From Polymyxa betae A26-41 (Eukaryota; Protista; Endomyxa: Phytomyxea), in the NCBI GenBank assembly GCA_003693705.1, contig RBZT01000989.1:1-64000 (forward strand): 64,000 bases of DNA. Direction: 5' to 3'. Position 1 is the first letter of the stretch; every line of letters begins with the position of its first letter. The position numbers were made by a program, and so were the translations under genes. The notes under the pieces were generated by a model that saw only the letters and a list, made by a program, of their open reading frames with translations, ran no database searches and was not told the DNA's origin. Positions 34,847 to 48,553 of this stretch are shown one piece after another.

Positions 34847-36436
34847 TTAACAATACAAACTGGAAGCGATTTCATAGAAACGCTGTGAAGGCTCAATGAG
34901 ATCATGATCCCAAGCAGGGCCTAAAGTATTTCTAAGCTCTTGAATGAATTCATCAACATCCGAGACACTGATGTAAAGACGCGATGCCTATAAGATAAAT
35001 GATCACGTTCATCAAATGCAAAAAATGGTCACACATACTGTTTCGTAAAAGTGATCGGCTGGATGGGTCATACCGCTTAGAGATCGAATAACAATATTCT
35101 GTTCACAGAATAAGTTCGAGTGGATAAACGGAAACGTAACCCAACCTTGTCTAAAATCATATCGATGGTATCAAACCAGAGATCCTTATTTAATCTTTCC
35201 CTTAATGCATTAGATAATGGTAACCGCTGTCGAACACGTCGTGAGACTTTTCGTGCTATTGATGAAATACCACGTCTCTTGCCATTCACAGAAGAATCTC
35301 CATCTGATATACACGAGGCGATTACATAAAGAACATGAATAGTAAACAGAAACATTTCGTACGGAGCAATTTGACATCATCAATGATACAAGGAGTAATG
35401 GGGCCTTCACCACCTGTTCCAGCTTGAACTGTATCTTCAGCCCTTTCATCACGTTGCCATGATCTAGTGTAAGTATAATTTGTTAAGAGATTTCAAGCAA
35501 GGAGAGAAATAAGCAAAACAATAAAAAAGACACGGGCTCAGATATTGAAGAGACATCAAGACATGCAAACTTACTTTTTTGTGGAATCTGGAAGCCAGCG
35601 ATCGACAACATTATCGGTGACACCAATAACCCTATCCCATGTTTCTACAAATATTGATAACGATTAAACCGATTCGATAATATGATAAACGCACAAACCT
35701 GAAATTTGACCAATCGCAGAATGGATTTTGGAGCGACCAAGGCCAATCGCTCCACGAACAAATCGCCCTAAGCCCATGATAGCAGTTGCTGTTCGAGCTG
35801 TGGCATAGAAGACTCGGGATGGGTGAGTTAAACGATCATCCCAGGTATGACCCAAACGTTGTCGTAATGTAGTCACGAATTCATCACAAGTGGCATTTGG
35901 ATCCAGATCGAAATAGCACGAGACTGCAGTGACGTAGAAATATTCAGCAGCAGAGGCAGATAGGATACTCTCGACATGGCTAAACCATGCTGATGACATA
36001 AAGGTTCGTTTCAATGAATCCCAGCAAGCGCGAGTATTTCGAATTGAATGATCAGCAACCTATCAGTTGAGAATTAAGAGAAAGTCATCGCATGATATTC
36101 GACCGATTACAGCAACATGACGAATGGCATCAACAATACTATCAATGCGATCATCGATCGAAGATACGATTGGGTCGGCAAGCTTCACCACAGGTTCGAC
36201 AAAACGTCCAACAGATGACAATGTGTATTTAGCAACACCTTCAGATAGTAATTTAAACCCATTCTGTAATATTTATAACCAACCCACTTACTGCTTTGAT
36301 TGATAAGGCCATTAGCACCACGATTTAGGGCGATGACAGTCTTGCGTATATACTGATTCCCCCTATGTTGTAGATCGAGGGATTCATCGGATTGATCAGT
36401 ATCTGAGTCGGACAAATCGCAATCATGTTCAGACAT
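34847..36436 (-). CDS. Hypothetical protein with two copies of an ~70-aa domain; weakly perilipin-like
   Basis: Spliced ORFs from MSEHDCDLSDS (36436) to SSLYC* (34847). Internal repeat WF..I..IL...A..FY.TA...DEF...LR..LG..WD..L..PS..FY..A. Confidence 0.65.
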
Positions 36437-36482
36437 TGATAACACCAGCAATGCTGTTAGTGTGATTTATTTCAGTGAGAGT

Positions 36483-36502
36483 AGAGAGCGAGAGAGAGAG
36501 AG
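36483..36502. repeat. (GA)n microsatellite
   Basis: agagagcgagagagagagag upstream of the 36436 gene. Confidence 0.6.
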
Positions 36503-36594
36503 TGTGTTAGATAGCAAAGATGAACAGCAAGCAGCATGTGAAGTGACGGACTAACAACCTCTCCGTATTAATATTTAACATCACTAATTCAATA

Positions 36595-38490
36595 TCATAC
36601 ACTTGTTCGAGATTGACCACATTCAATCAGAACGTCAACATTCACATACTTCTCTCGTGGCTTTCCTGTTGCTTTACCTCGCCCGATCTCGCTTAAATCG
36701 ATTACTTTCCACATGTTTTTGTCTATTATAATGGCTCCTCTGCTGACCAGGCTGTTCCATAGATCCTGGCGATCCGCATCTGTGGTCGATTCTGTTTTAA
36801 TATCCGAGAGGATAGCAGTAACCGTTTCTTGGGCGTCTGTAATATTTGATCCAATGATACCTTGTTATGAAATCACTTATAAACTGGGATATGAGTTTGA
36901 AGCATCGCATATAATGCATACCTGATGGTCCACGTTTTATCCATCCTGCAACATACACGAATGGTACAGGTTCACCATTACTTTGTACAGCTCTTCCATA
37001 AATACTTGGAATGATTCCTAATTTGTCGTCAAAGGGTAACCCCTGTATTGGCATAGATCTACATTTTGTTAGCTCAAACCATAGAGCAAATGCTTTTGTT
37101 AATGTCACCTATATCCAACACTTCGAATAACCAGACCAGCTTTGATGACTTCAAATTCACCTGCTTCTTGTACCGCCTATCAAATATGAGAAGTATCGAA
37201 AACCCTTTCAAGAGAAACAGTACTTGATTATTAGACTCTCCAGTCAGCTTTGTACGATCAAACACGACAGCGCCCACCATATCAGGATGCTTTTCATCAG
37301 GAATAATCTCAATCGGCTTCAGATTAAATCGAAAGTAGAGACCATCTTGTGTAAAGTCTTTAACGGGTTCAGCTTTAGACAGAATCTAAATTGGGTTCAA
37401 ATCATTCTTTCAAATCATCTACGAACCTCATTGTGGCTCATGCAATCAAAATCTGTACCTCCATTTTACGGCGAACTGCACGAGTATTGCATTCGGAAAT
37501 AGTAGCAGGTGTCATTAAACTTGTATCTAGGGCACATTGTTCGACTATTTAGAAAGTAAATCGAATTCGGAAGGCATTCATCAACCAGATAAATACCAAA
37601 CGTTTTGAAAGAAGTCATTTTCACAATTTCTCGAAGTTCTTTGTTGGTAAAGGCCGCCTACGTTGAAATCAGGGTTAAGATTCCAGAAAGGATTAACAAA
37701 CCTGAGGGGCTCCACGTCTTCCTACAACAAAGACTCGTTTAATTAAACTGTTGGAGAGAGTTTCGTACGCTTCTTGAGTCATATCAGTCTTTTGAAATGC
37801 AGAATGATGACAGGAGAGGACTCGAGCTACGTCCAATGCAACGTTGCCTAAAGAACATTTACAAACAATTGAATGAATGTTGATAGACATCACCATTTCC
37901 TATAATAACAGCATCGTGGACGGCCAGGTTATATTTATCATGGGCATGATCAGGGTGCCCATTATACCAATTCACGAACGCCCTGGCGGTGATAGAATTC
38001 TTCAAATTCTCGCCGGGGATTCCCAATGACTTCTCAGAAGCTTCAATCAAGATAAGCAAAGATCGGGTTTAGAGGGAAGTATTGGCAACCTGCCCCAGAA
38101 GCAACCACTACTCCATCATATGCACAACGAAGCTCATCGATTGTGACATCTCGACCGACCTCGACATTACCGAAAAACCGGCACCGTTCGTCGTTGAGTG
38201 TTTCTTGAAAATCATTTGTTACGATTTTAGTTTCCGGATGATCTGGAGCGACACCATAACGAACCAGACCAAATGGAGTCGGTAGTCTCTCAATCCTTTA
38301 CTGCATTTTTAGAAATTCGAATTTGAATCGTGACTGAAGCTGACATGTCAACAGAGATGTTAGGGCTATGTCGTAGAAGATATTTGCTCGTATAGAACGC
38401 TGATGGCCCTGAACCGACAACAGCAATATGAATGGTCCTATGAAGGCCTTGCCACGATCCATGCAGAGCATGTCTGAAGCTGACCATCAT
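36595..38490 (-). CDS. FDXR: Mitochondrial NADPH:adrenodoxin oxidoreductase (ARH1/FDXR)
   Basis: [84 protein letters not shown]. Confidence 0.92.
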
Positions 38491-38703
38491 GATGACAACT
38501 CAGACGTGATCTGATCCACGCAAACCCATTGATATATAGACCTGTCTATCCAAGGGCAAATCAAGATCATACAATACGATTTCATTGCCTAATTCACATA
38601 CGGAGTGATACAATTCGTGTTTATTAAATATGACTGAATGAGATATCTGTGACAAGACAATGCCTTTCATCTGGATCATGAGGGGTTATGAGGGCACTTT
38701 GCT

Positions 38704-39426
38704 ATGAGAGAGAATCAAACAGCAACCGCTCAACTAGACCATTATCTCGCTGCTAATTATCCACATCTGTTTTCCAATCCATATTCACAGCCTTCAAGCA
38801 ATCTATCCTCACAAACCTTGGTTGCCACTCCCGTCTCTTCCAATCATCAGACTGAATGCGTTACGAATCTATCGTCCGCTAATGCTTCACCATCAGAACT
38901 GCAGCATAGCAGTACTTCTCCTGTATTGAAAGATTGTCCTGAATGTTTGACACGCTCGTTGCATTCAAAGCCCTGGAAACGGCCGCTGAAGACAGCCAAT
39001 GATTCCTTCGACAGGCTTTCTCATCTATCTAATTCTCCCAAAGTGACTTTAAGCGACGACGAGTGTGGCAGTTTCCTGGAAAGTGATGAAAATATCTCAT
39101 TGTTTGGCAGCGATGAGGATTCCATAGATCAAACCACTTTCAAACTAAAACGCCATACCAATTATTCGCTGAGATCAGTTCCAGGAAAAAGCACAATCGA
39201 AGCAAAGGTTGAAGAGCTTCTGAGCGAATACCGAGACGGTTTGGAATCATCTTGGTTTCGGACACCTGATCAAAGCAATATTTTTGATGATGACTCCAGT
39301 GATGATGTAGACGCAAGTCAATATGCATTATCTGAGACTGAAGCCCCAGATACAATTGAAGCTGTCTGGCGACAAAGGCCATTTCGGAAGGAGACAGTTC
39401 AGAGACAGAATAAAACGTTCCATTGA
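38704..39426 (+). CDS. Hypothetical Ser/Asp-rich protein (240 aa)
   Basis: Uninterrupted ATG-started ORF between FDXR and the TPR gene; no recognisable domain. Confidence 0.5.
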   Translation: MRENQTATAQLDHYLAANYPHLFSNPYSQPSSNLSSQTLVATPVSSNHQTECVTNLSSANASPSELQHSSTSPVLKDCPECLTRSLHSKPWKRPLKTANDSFDRLSHLSNSPKVTLSDDECGSFLESDENISLFGSDEDSIDQTTFKLKRHTNYSLRSVPGKSTIEAKVEELLSEYRDGLESSWFRTPDQSNIFDDDSSDDVDASQYALSETEAPDTIEAVWRQRPFRKETVQRQNKTFH

Positions 39427-39587
39427 TCGAATATGTGAAATATGACTTCGTCAATGGTTAAACTTGAACCATAACCAAAAAGGTAAATCGATGAGGGCTG
39501 ACAGGGGAATACTTGATGGAATTGGCAACTCATATACACGTTGGATGTGAAAGTCTGCGACGTTTATCGAGAAAAATACAGCAAATA

Positions 39588-42500
39588 CTATTTGGGTTTG
39601 GAAACAGATGCCGACATAAACCTTCTTGCTGATGCCTCGAGCTCCAGTAAGATTGGATGGTCCTTGGATTGAAAGTAATTCCTTAAAATCGGAGCACATC
39701 TGTTATGGTATACGCGTGCTTGTTCAAAATCTCCAAGTTGAATATAGAGTTTCACTTAAATACTGTTAAAAAAGTATAGTTTAAAACGTTGACCATTGAC
39801 AGACCTAATTGACAGGTCGTCAGAGCGACCAAAATGCTATCCTGACCATGAAGACGTTCTTCTAATTTGATTAACCGTAGCAAAGCATCTCTTGCTAGAT
39901 CATATTCACTTTGGACGCTATAACATTTTGCTAAGTCAATCAAAACCTCGGCACGATAATGCAAAGCAGAGTCTAATTTTGTCAAAGTCATCAGTGCCTC
40001 CTCCTATTGAAAAATGAGCAACTGCAACCAAGAGCAAACTAGTTCTATCATTTACCTGCAACTGCCTTTGAATTCCGAATTGTCCCAATCGGCCTTCACA
40101 TCTTCCTAGTTCCGCCATAGTCAACGCAGAGGGTTCACTCTCAGCCCCATGAATCGTTTGTTCTAATGCCAAGACCTACAACAAACTGATGACAGATGCT
40201 ACGCTTTGACAAACTTCGAAATCGCTAACCCTCTTTAAAAACTTTTTATGACGGTGATAATCACCAAGCTCACAAGAGGCTTTACCGAATAGTTTGAGCA
40301 TGGCAGAAAAAATGACGTGATTTGTTCCATAGATATTTTCGATAATCCCTAGCGACTTCTGGTAATATTCCGTCAGTATACTGGAATCGCCTGAATTCCA
40401 TCAATCTGGGGTCGTGATAGCAGTATTATACGAGATACCTTGCCTGGCATGACATAATGCCAAATGTGCCAAGATAAAAGCAACGCGACGATCCTGCGCC
40501 CCATAAAGAGATTGGGCTAATGTCAATGTTTCATCAAGGTATCGCTGAGATTCTCGCAATTGGCCTAAATCTATCACCCCTCAGAGTCAGTACGAACGAA
40601 GAAACATTTGAGAGCTAACCATCTGCAACACCAGCAAGTTCCCAGAGGGTTTGCAAAACAGTAGAAGTTGTAGCCCCATAGCGTTTTCGTTTGATGTCGA
40701 GAACACGCTCCAATGTTGTCCGAGCTGACTGGAATTCTTCCGACTCCGAATATGTTCGAGCTAACATCGAAAGAGTCCAGATTAACTTGGGAGAATCTCG
40801 CTCAACTGGATCTCGATCCTACAGATTCATGTTAAGAAAAACACTAGCAGCATTGATAGGCAATGGATGTAGCCTTTCCGAATTCACACAAAGCCAAAAA
40901 AAGCCAAAAAAACCTGTATAGTTACAGCCTTTTGCAGGATTTCTTTCTCCTTCTGAAATTCACCTAAAGAATTGAATGCAGAAGCCAATGTTCTCATGAC
41001 AGGGACTAGTCCAATGTCATCAGGTCCACGTAAATTGACTCGAATTGAGAGTTCACGCAAGCATGCATCACGTTGATGTTCATGGTCTCCCAGTTTTTGG
41101 TAAGCTGCTGACATCAAGGACAGTGCATCTGTCAACACTTCACAATCCTCTTTCATAGTTGAATTCTCTAATTATAGCCTTTAGTACAAAGGAAAGTCTC
41201 CTGCAAAAAAGGATTACCTAGAATGCGAGCAGCACGTTCAGAATTGGCAATCTGCTCTGGTAGTTTATCAAGCCGAGCATAAGCATGTCCTAAAGCGCTC
41301 TTAGATTATCGAACCAATCTTACATTTGACCCATCACCAAGGAAAACCAACGTCCTTGCGAGCTCTGGATGGTCTGGACCAAATTCTTCCTCGTCGATCA
41401 GTCGAGCACGTTCCAGTTCTGTTATCGCATGCGGATCGTCTCCCAGATTTAAATAGGCTTGGCCAAGTGATGTTAGGGTTCCAGACACTTTAGCATGAAC
41501 TTCTCCATAGTTTAACTAAAGCATCTTCAGCAACTGAGAAGAACGTTTTGCATGAGCTGTATAAGATTGTTTGAAAAGCAAGGGAAAAGCGAAACAGGTT
41601 TCAGTTTGTACCTCTCTCAGCTTAAGGAGATTGACTAAAACATCTTTTTGCCTTTCGTAATTGCCCGATTCTTCATAAAATGAAGCAAGTTCTGCGAGCG
41701 GCTCTTCCACCGATATAGACAATTCGCCGTCAAGCAACTGCCGATCACGAACTTGAGACATAAGGCGACTTTCTTCGCGAATCTAACAGCAGTCCCATTA
41801 AATGTCTATCTGCAGAACTAAACAACACACCTGAGAGTCACTGTCTGGAGTGGCATTGAGAGCCATACCAGCAGCAACATGCTGCACATGAACAACATCG
41901 ACTGATGCCTGAGCTGATGGGGCTGTCATAGGCTCCAAGACATCAGCGTCGCCGAAAGCCATACTCCCACTTGAGGGAGAGCCTCGATGATGAACAGAGA
42001 TTCGATTTGGAAAATTCTGTAATAGCTGTGATTCAATTCACTAATTGATAGGTGTTAACTTGTATACCTTTAATGGTTCATATTCGTTTGAGCCACTCCT
42101 CGGCGAACCGACTCGGTTGTCCTCTTTCAAAGAACCGGAATCCGCTTTGTTCAATTTTCGACCAATTGAGTCAAATCTTCCAGAGCCGACTGACTGCGTT
42201 CGAGGTTCAACGGATGTATAAGAAGTAGTGGATTCGGTGCGGCGATGAGGCTCAAATTTTCCAGATCCAGTGGAGGTGCGAGGTGAGTCGAGCCCGAAAT
42301 CCGAGCCGGTCGAGGATCCTCCCGAAATTGATTTGGCAAGCCGAGTTCCCAAAGCTATGTGAGTCGGAGGCTTCGTAGGTGGACTTGGTAGAGCCTGGAA
42401 AGAAAATAATCAGTTTTTTGTTGCCGAATCATCACAGACACTTCAGCAGGATAAGAAATGAACATTAACAAAATTAATGTTAACAAAACGGACATGAAAA

Positions 42501-42693
42501 AGAGCAAACTGACTCGATTTGGTCCTCTTTCATTTATGGGAGTTATACTGTTTATGTTTACAGGAGAATCATTAGATCCTTGGCGAACAGGTCGCTGATA
42601 TCCTGCTCCAAGCTGAAGAGATGATCGTAAAATTGCATTACGGTTTTGTGGCTGCTGCTGCTGTTGTTGTGCTGCAGGGTAAGCCCCAGACAT
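39588..42693 (-). CDS. TPR-repeat protein (kinesin light chain/nephrocystin-3-like repeats) with a disordered Ser/Gly/Gln-rich N-terminus
   Basis: Repeated 42-aa-type TPRs (LERARLIDEEEFGPDHPELARTL; RELSIRVNLRGPDD; LEERLHGQDS) across many exons. Start taken at MSGAYPAAQQQ; start uncertain. Confidence 0.75.
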
Positions 42694-43175
42694 TAATTAC
42701 TAACGGAGACTCTACCCTTAATCTTAAGGCTGTGACGAGACCAAAATCATCCCGATCAGGCAAGCGGCACGAGGCCTGAAATCTGGGATCTTCCGGATTA
42801 CCAGATGGAGATTGTCCAGGTGTTGAACCTCCCTTAGGGTTCCACAATCATCCACTGACTTACTATATAATATTTGTCGTCGTCCTCAGTATGGAAGCAT
42901 GAGAACACTTAAATTCATGATAAACCCAATTGAGGAGAGACACAAGTTGTAACCAAAGTGGGATTGGATTGGTTTCTTCTGGTTCGGATTGCTAGAGACA
43001 GTGCAGAGACCTTCTGCACATAGCCTGATCGTAATCATAAAAATTATGAGCTCCTACAACCGGATTCGAAACCTTTTTGCGTTGTAAAGGGATTGTAACG
43101 ATAACTGAGGCTGTTAGAATCAGTGATCACAGTCCGTAGTGATCACTGATCACCTAAACATTTTCTGTTTTATTT

Positions 43176-45218
43176 ATGACATCATCGGCTGTACAGGATC
43201 ACGATTCATCACAGGTTGATTTACAATCGGATTCGTATGCGTCGAATTATCTCCATGAACTTACCCAATGCGATCTGGAACGGATTCGATGCGAGCCGGA
43301 TTTGCAGCTAGCTGAACAGGCTCGGCTTAAATCTGAGATCGAGCAGCTTGCTGTATCAAATTACCGGTTGCTTGGCTTTGTTCACTACGTGGTGGAGTTT
43401 AACAAAGTCGTAATAGGCAATTCATAGACACTTCTGCTTGTTTGTCTCAATGCAGATCGGAAACAAATAAGATCTCCTCGTCTCTCGACTTGCTGCAGGA
43501 TTTGGCTAATGATCTTGCCCAAAAAGTCAAATCATATTCATATGAGAATTCTACTCAGGTTACCGAAGCTGTAAGTTTGATGTCCCTCTGCTTATTTCCA
43601 GCTGAAATTCGATTCCAGACTATTCAGGCAGCTTTGAACGAATGTTATCCCCTTCTGGTAAACATATTAGATATGCCTTATATAATGGAAGCATGCATTG
43701 CTGAGAAAGCATACGACGAAGCATTAGGTACCTTCTCGCATGTATTCTATTTCAGCGCAATTGTTTATGAAATGGTCTAGATATACGCGACCATGCTAAA
43801 GCAATTACTCGGCGAAATCCAAATATAAAGGTTCTTTCAATTATTGGTGCTGCTATTGACAGGAACACGGATCTTATGCTTCAAGATTTTTTTGATATCC
43901 TAGAAAATGTTGTCGAGCTTCCAGTTTCTTTGCAAACAATTGGCCATATTAGAAGAATTGGAAGGTATATCAGTCGGTATGAACAAATACTTTAGTGTTA
44001 CCTTCATGACCAGGTATTCCGAAGATGAGATTCAGACGTTATTTCTTCAAAGACGGGAAGTGTTACTCGAGTCCAAACTAACCTCGGAAACAACAAGTGA
44101 CACGTCTGCGTTGTCTTCTGCAGTGAGATACCTTGATCTGATTCGTATCAATCTATTCGAAATTGTTACCCAATTCAGAGCAATGTTTTCTAAAGATGAT
44201 GGTCTACTTCAATTATGGTATCGCTCAAATGTTGTATGGAATCATGCCTTATCATGTTCGGAAGGGTCTCTCACCGGTTGGAAAATATTCTGAACATGCT
44301 TCATGTCCACCTGCCGTTGATTAATAGCGGTTCTGCTATTGCAACGCTTTTAGAACAGGTTTTTTTTTAATCTCTCTACTGTGGTTGCTAACATTAGCTC
44401 GAAAGGCAATGTATTGCGGGATGTCTCTAGGAACTATTGGAATTGATTTTCGAGCGATCTTGATTCCTGTCTTTCATCAAAAAATCCTCGAACTGTTTTC
44501 GCAATTGATGGGCAATCCCTTTCACCTGTTTGTGAAGTCGTTATATACTTATCCTTGGTAGTTTGTCTAAGCATTATCCGCTGTGGTTCGTGGTTAACCA
44601 TCAACAGGATTGTAAACAAAGAGTCGCTTGAAAAATCTGGTATATCGATACCTGATCAAGCTCCGATTGATCTGACGCCAGATCTTTTCTTGTTTCCTCC
44701 ACTTGCTATTCTTGGTTAGCACGATTCCAGACTGTTTATTATCCAACTGATGTCTGTCCAGTAAATAGTGTATTCGAGGTATTGAATCAGATCAAAGAAT
44801 GCATCTTCTTTTACGTACAATCTGATATTACAAATCAGCTTCAGGTATTCCTTTTGTTGCTTTGTGTTTCTTCTGACATAGTCTAAAAGGAGCTGTTACT
44901 AAAGTGCTCTTCACATCTATCTTGTACACCACCGGAACCTCAGCTTTCCGAGTTATGCCATGCTTTTTGTGATATTGTGCTGCCTCTGTGCGAACAGGCA
45001 TTAGCGGTCATATTGTCTGTCCAAATTGTTTTGGACAAAGAGTTGATCGTAGCGCCTTTAAAATCAGCAGGACTTTATACGGTTAGAGTTGTAAGAATAT
45101 CGGATATACTAAATGTCTCATGCTTTTTCAGGTAGAAGACTCTGGAGACGTATACGTTTCTGATCGTGAAGAACAGACACAATCGTTTTCTGAACCTCTC
45201 ACTACGGAATCACCATAG
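43176..45218 (+). CDS. COG8: Conserved oligomeric Golgi complex subunit 8 (Dor1)
   Basis: YLHEL...EP...EIEQLAVSNYR.FI; ILDMPYIMEACI....YDEAL; RINLFEIVTQFRAMF; QAMYCGMSLG..G.DF; FPPLAIL. Confidence 0.85.
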
Positions 45219-45270
45219 TTTAATTTGCATCGGTTCCGATAATATTAGCATTGGACATTTTTAAACCAAT

Positions 45271-45977
45271 TGCAAGATAACTTCTACATCAATTCTGTTT
45301 TTCTCCTGGCAAGATTCTGGCAGAAAGACCATGAGATACAGTGGGGCTAATTGACCAACGTTGTGAATTTATTTAAACGATCACGATTTGTATTAGCGAG
45401 ATTGATTTGGTAATTGGCCGAAAACATGCTATGTTCTGGGGTTACAGGAGCTGCTTAGCGAACAAAATAGTACATTCGGTTTATATAAGAGGGTCCTGGC
45501 CCGGGAAATTGGACGAGATGTCAGAAATCCTGACAGAGCGTCGACCATAACATTTATGACAAAGTACCTGACCCTTTAATTACCGGTTGCACTTATCTAC
45601 ATTGAATACAACTGACTAAGAAGAAAAGACCAAATACAGTATACGCAATCCAAGTCAAACAACAATTAACAGCAAACTGAGTTCATAATGCACCATCGCT
45701 CCATATCATAAGGACTCCTTGTTATGTTACCTTACATGGTTCCTTCTATCTCCAAAATCATGAATCGGGGCTGGGGGGAACAAATTCCCGCAACTAGGCA
45801 ACTACGGTATTGTGTGGTTTTTCACCCAATCGATAGATAAAATTCTTTCTCATCTTTTATTATCATATTCTTCTACGTTCCACCCAGGTTGAGGAAAGTG
45901 TCGTTGCCAGGACGTTCTCCACCAATCGTTCAGATCACGTTCTCTACCAGTCATTGATGGCGCACCCATCCCATACA
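45271..45977 (-). repeat. Putative 3' LTR of the Gypsy element (distal boundary uncertain)
   Basis: On the minus strand, purine tract GGGGGAGGTAG is followed directly by TGTATGG at 45977. TATATAA at ~45487 and AATAAA at ~45370. The ...TGCA end at 45271 is a guess. Confidence 0.4.
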
Positions 45978-46109
45978 CTACCTCCCCCAAAACAAACTTA
46001 GAATGAGGAAGTGAGAAATTTGTGTCAGCACGTGATAGAAGCACCAGTAAAACCGCCCCTTGTAAAACCCTATGGGATGAAACCAAGGTTTGGAAAAAAG
46101 GTCAACTTA

Positions 46110-48490
46110 CTAAACAGTTCGCATAGCTGATTTTGGCAATGATGCACGAATAATCGGCATAAATGGATGGTTTGGAGAATTGGATATGAAATTATCAATT
46201 GCACCAGGATAGTTACGAAGGATGTCGGATCCGGGGCACCAAGGATTCTCCATGTCTGTGAAGCCTTTCCATTTTACTAAGTACTCAATGTTAGTACTAT
46301 TGGAATTCAATCTAGCATCACAAATTCGTTCAAGTTGTCGTGTTTTTGTATCATAAGCAATCTGATTTAAGATTTCTTCTGTCACATTCAATTTACTGTC
46401 ACAATAAAATTGAATGCGGTCACCATGGACTTCTTGTGTCTCTTTTGTGAGAATATTCTCAACTGTAAAAACATATGATTTATGGGTATCGATAACTCTG
46501 TATGGACCATGCCAAAGAAAGTCAAGTTTACTAGTATTAGTTTTCTTTTCTGGTATAGCTACCAAGACATAATCACCAATACCAAAATTTGGGAGTGTGC
46601 TATGTTTCGATTTACAGTCCCGGTGTGACTGTCTCTCATTTTCGGTCATAGCTTGCACTTCCTTGTGCATATGTTGGAGACTCAACTGCAAACTTTCTAC
46701 TGTGTCAGAGATTATTCGAGTAACAATCTCAACAGAACTTATGGCTAAAGTCTGTGGATTATAGAAAATACTGTCAAGTGGGTTGTCAGCCGGAAGCCCG
46801 GTCATGATTGTGATTGGAGCACGGCCCCCCAGTCGTCGCTGTGGACGATGGTTCAATGTGTGTTCCACCAACTTTAGGAACCAAGGCCAGTCGGCTTTAT
46901 CACTTCTTAGCTCGGATATTAAGCATTTCAATAAATTTATAATTTGACGATTGACAATCTCGATTGTACCATTTGAGTAGTGAGCATAAGCTGTAACGAG
47001 ATGTTGCTCAGCTCCTAATTTTTGACTCAAACGTTTCATTGTCCCAGAGACGAAGTATGATGCCTGGTCAGAAACTAATATCTTAGGGCGTCCGAAAAGG
47101 GCTCGCCATTCTAGTAAAGCATCTACAGTGACAGAAGTCGTTGGTACAATCACCGGTTTAAGTAGAACCAGTCCCGAGAAGTCATCTCGGATAACAAAGA
47201 TCCATTGGAAATTTAATCTATTCTTTAATCTTGGGCCTAAATATAGGTAATCTAAATGTAAAACCTCGTTAGGTTTCAAACCATGACATGCTGCTCCCAA
47301 AGGGCGAGGAATACGAAAGCCTCTTCTCGTTGGAAGACAGTGAAGGCATGAGGAACAGACTTCATTAATATCTTGTTCCATTCCGACCCAATACACCCAA
47401 CTTTTTAATAAAGATAATGCATTTTTATAAGCTAAATGACCACAATGACAACCTGCATGTGCTATAACACAGAGGCGTCGAGTAAGGTCAGTACTTTGGC
47501 AAGGAATGACTACTCGTTGATGTGATTCAACCATGAGTCCATCTGAATTCCTAGCGAATTTGCTATCTGGAAAATGGAGACGTTGCTCACGACTAATTTC
47601 AGATGTGTCTGGCCAGACTAAATTTTTACAAGGCTGAACCCGAATAGCCGAATCTATTAGTTGGGTCGGATCAGTTGAAGAAGAATCGGATGACTGTAAT
47701 AGGGCTCTAACGTTAACATTGGGGCTGTCGCTAGTCATCCCGGCACCCCATCTAGATAATGAATCAGCCCAGTGATTTTCTTCACCAGGGATGTGATGAA
47801 TTATATAATTAAAATCACGAAGTTCTATACCCCAACGAATTAATCGTTCGGCTGATTGTTTTGTACATTTCACAGGGTTATACATAGCGATAAGGTTCCT
47901 GTGATCTGTATAAAGATGAAACGGATTTGGCATATGTAAAAGATAAGTCAATTTTTCTAAAGTATCTTTAATTGCATATGCTTCTTTATCAATAACAGCC
48001 CAGTTCAGCTCAGAACCATTAAACCGATGACCGACAAAGCCAAGCGGTTGATGTCTTTGCATTGATACTGATTTATTGATATCTTCTGGAGGAATCTGAG
48101 TGACGACACCTGAGCTTGCATAATAGCTCGCGTCACAAAATACACACTGAATCATTTCCTCCTTGGGATAGGCTAGTTCTACAGCATGAGAAATTGCCTT
48201 TTTTATATTATTAAATGCAGAAGTATGCACATCATTCCAGCCAAATCGCTGCAAGCTAATACGACTTACTGCTCTTTTAGTTCGACGTGGTTGTAACTTC
48301 ATAGCGTCTTGCAGAATATCTTGAAGACAAACTACTATTTTATTATAATCAGGGATAGAACGACTCATCCACTGAGATGCCATTAAAATCTGCTGTAGTT
48401 CGTTGGCACGTGATGGGGTAGGCATGTTAGTTAAAGCTTCAATTCGAGCTGAATCGTGACGTACCCCGGTAGGACTAATTATTAACCCAA
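46110..48490 (-). mobile_element. 5'-truncated chromoviral Ty3/Gypsy pol: RT thumb/connection, RNase H, integrase (HHCC, DDE), chromodomain
   Basis: GVRHDSARIEAL..MPTP; VFCDAS..DKEAYAI..YTDH..WADSLSR; HAGCHCGH..CSSCLHC; HLDY..SDQASYF..NGTIE; WHGPYRV; EYLVKWKGF. No gag, protease or YxDD RT core. Confidence 0.93.
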
Positions 48491-48553
48491 TTCTATACGT
48501 ACTACAGTCCTGAGGTAAAGGCGTTAAAAGCGTGGAACGAATCAAAAGTTTGT

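Noticed and set aside
42638-42847. ORF MWNPKGGSTPG as the first exon of the TPR gene
   Set aside because: Starts at TTG after a stop, and no splice joins it in frame to the 42693 ORF without hitting a stop.
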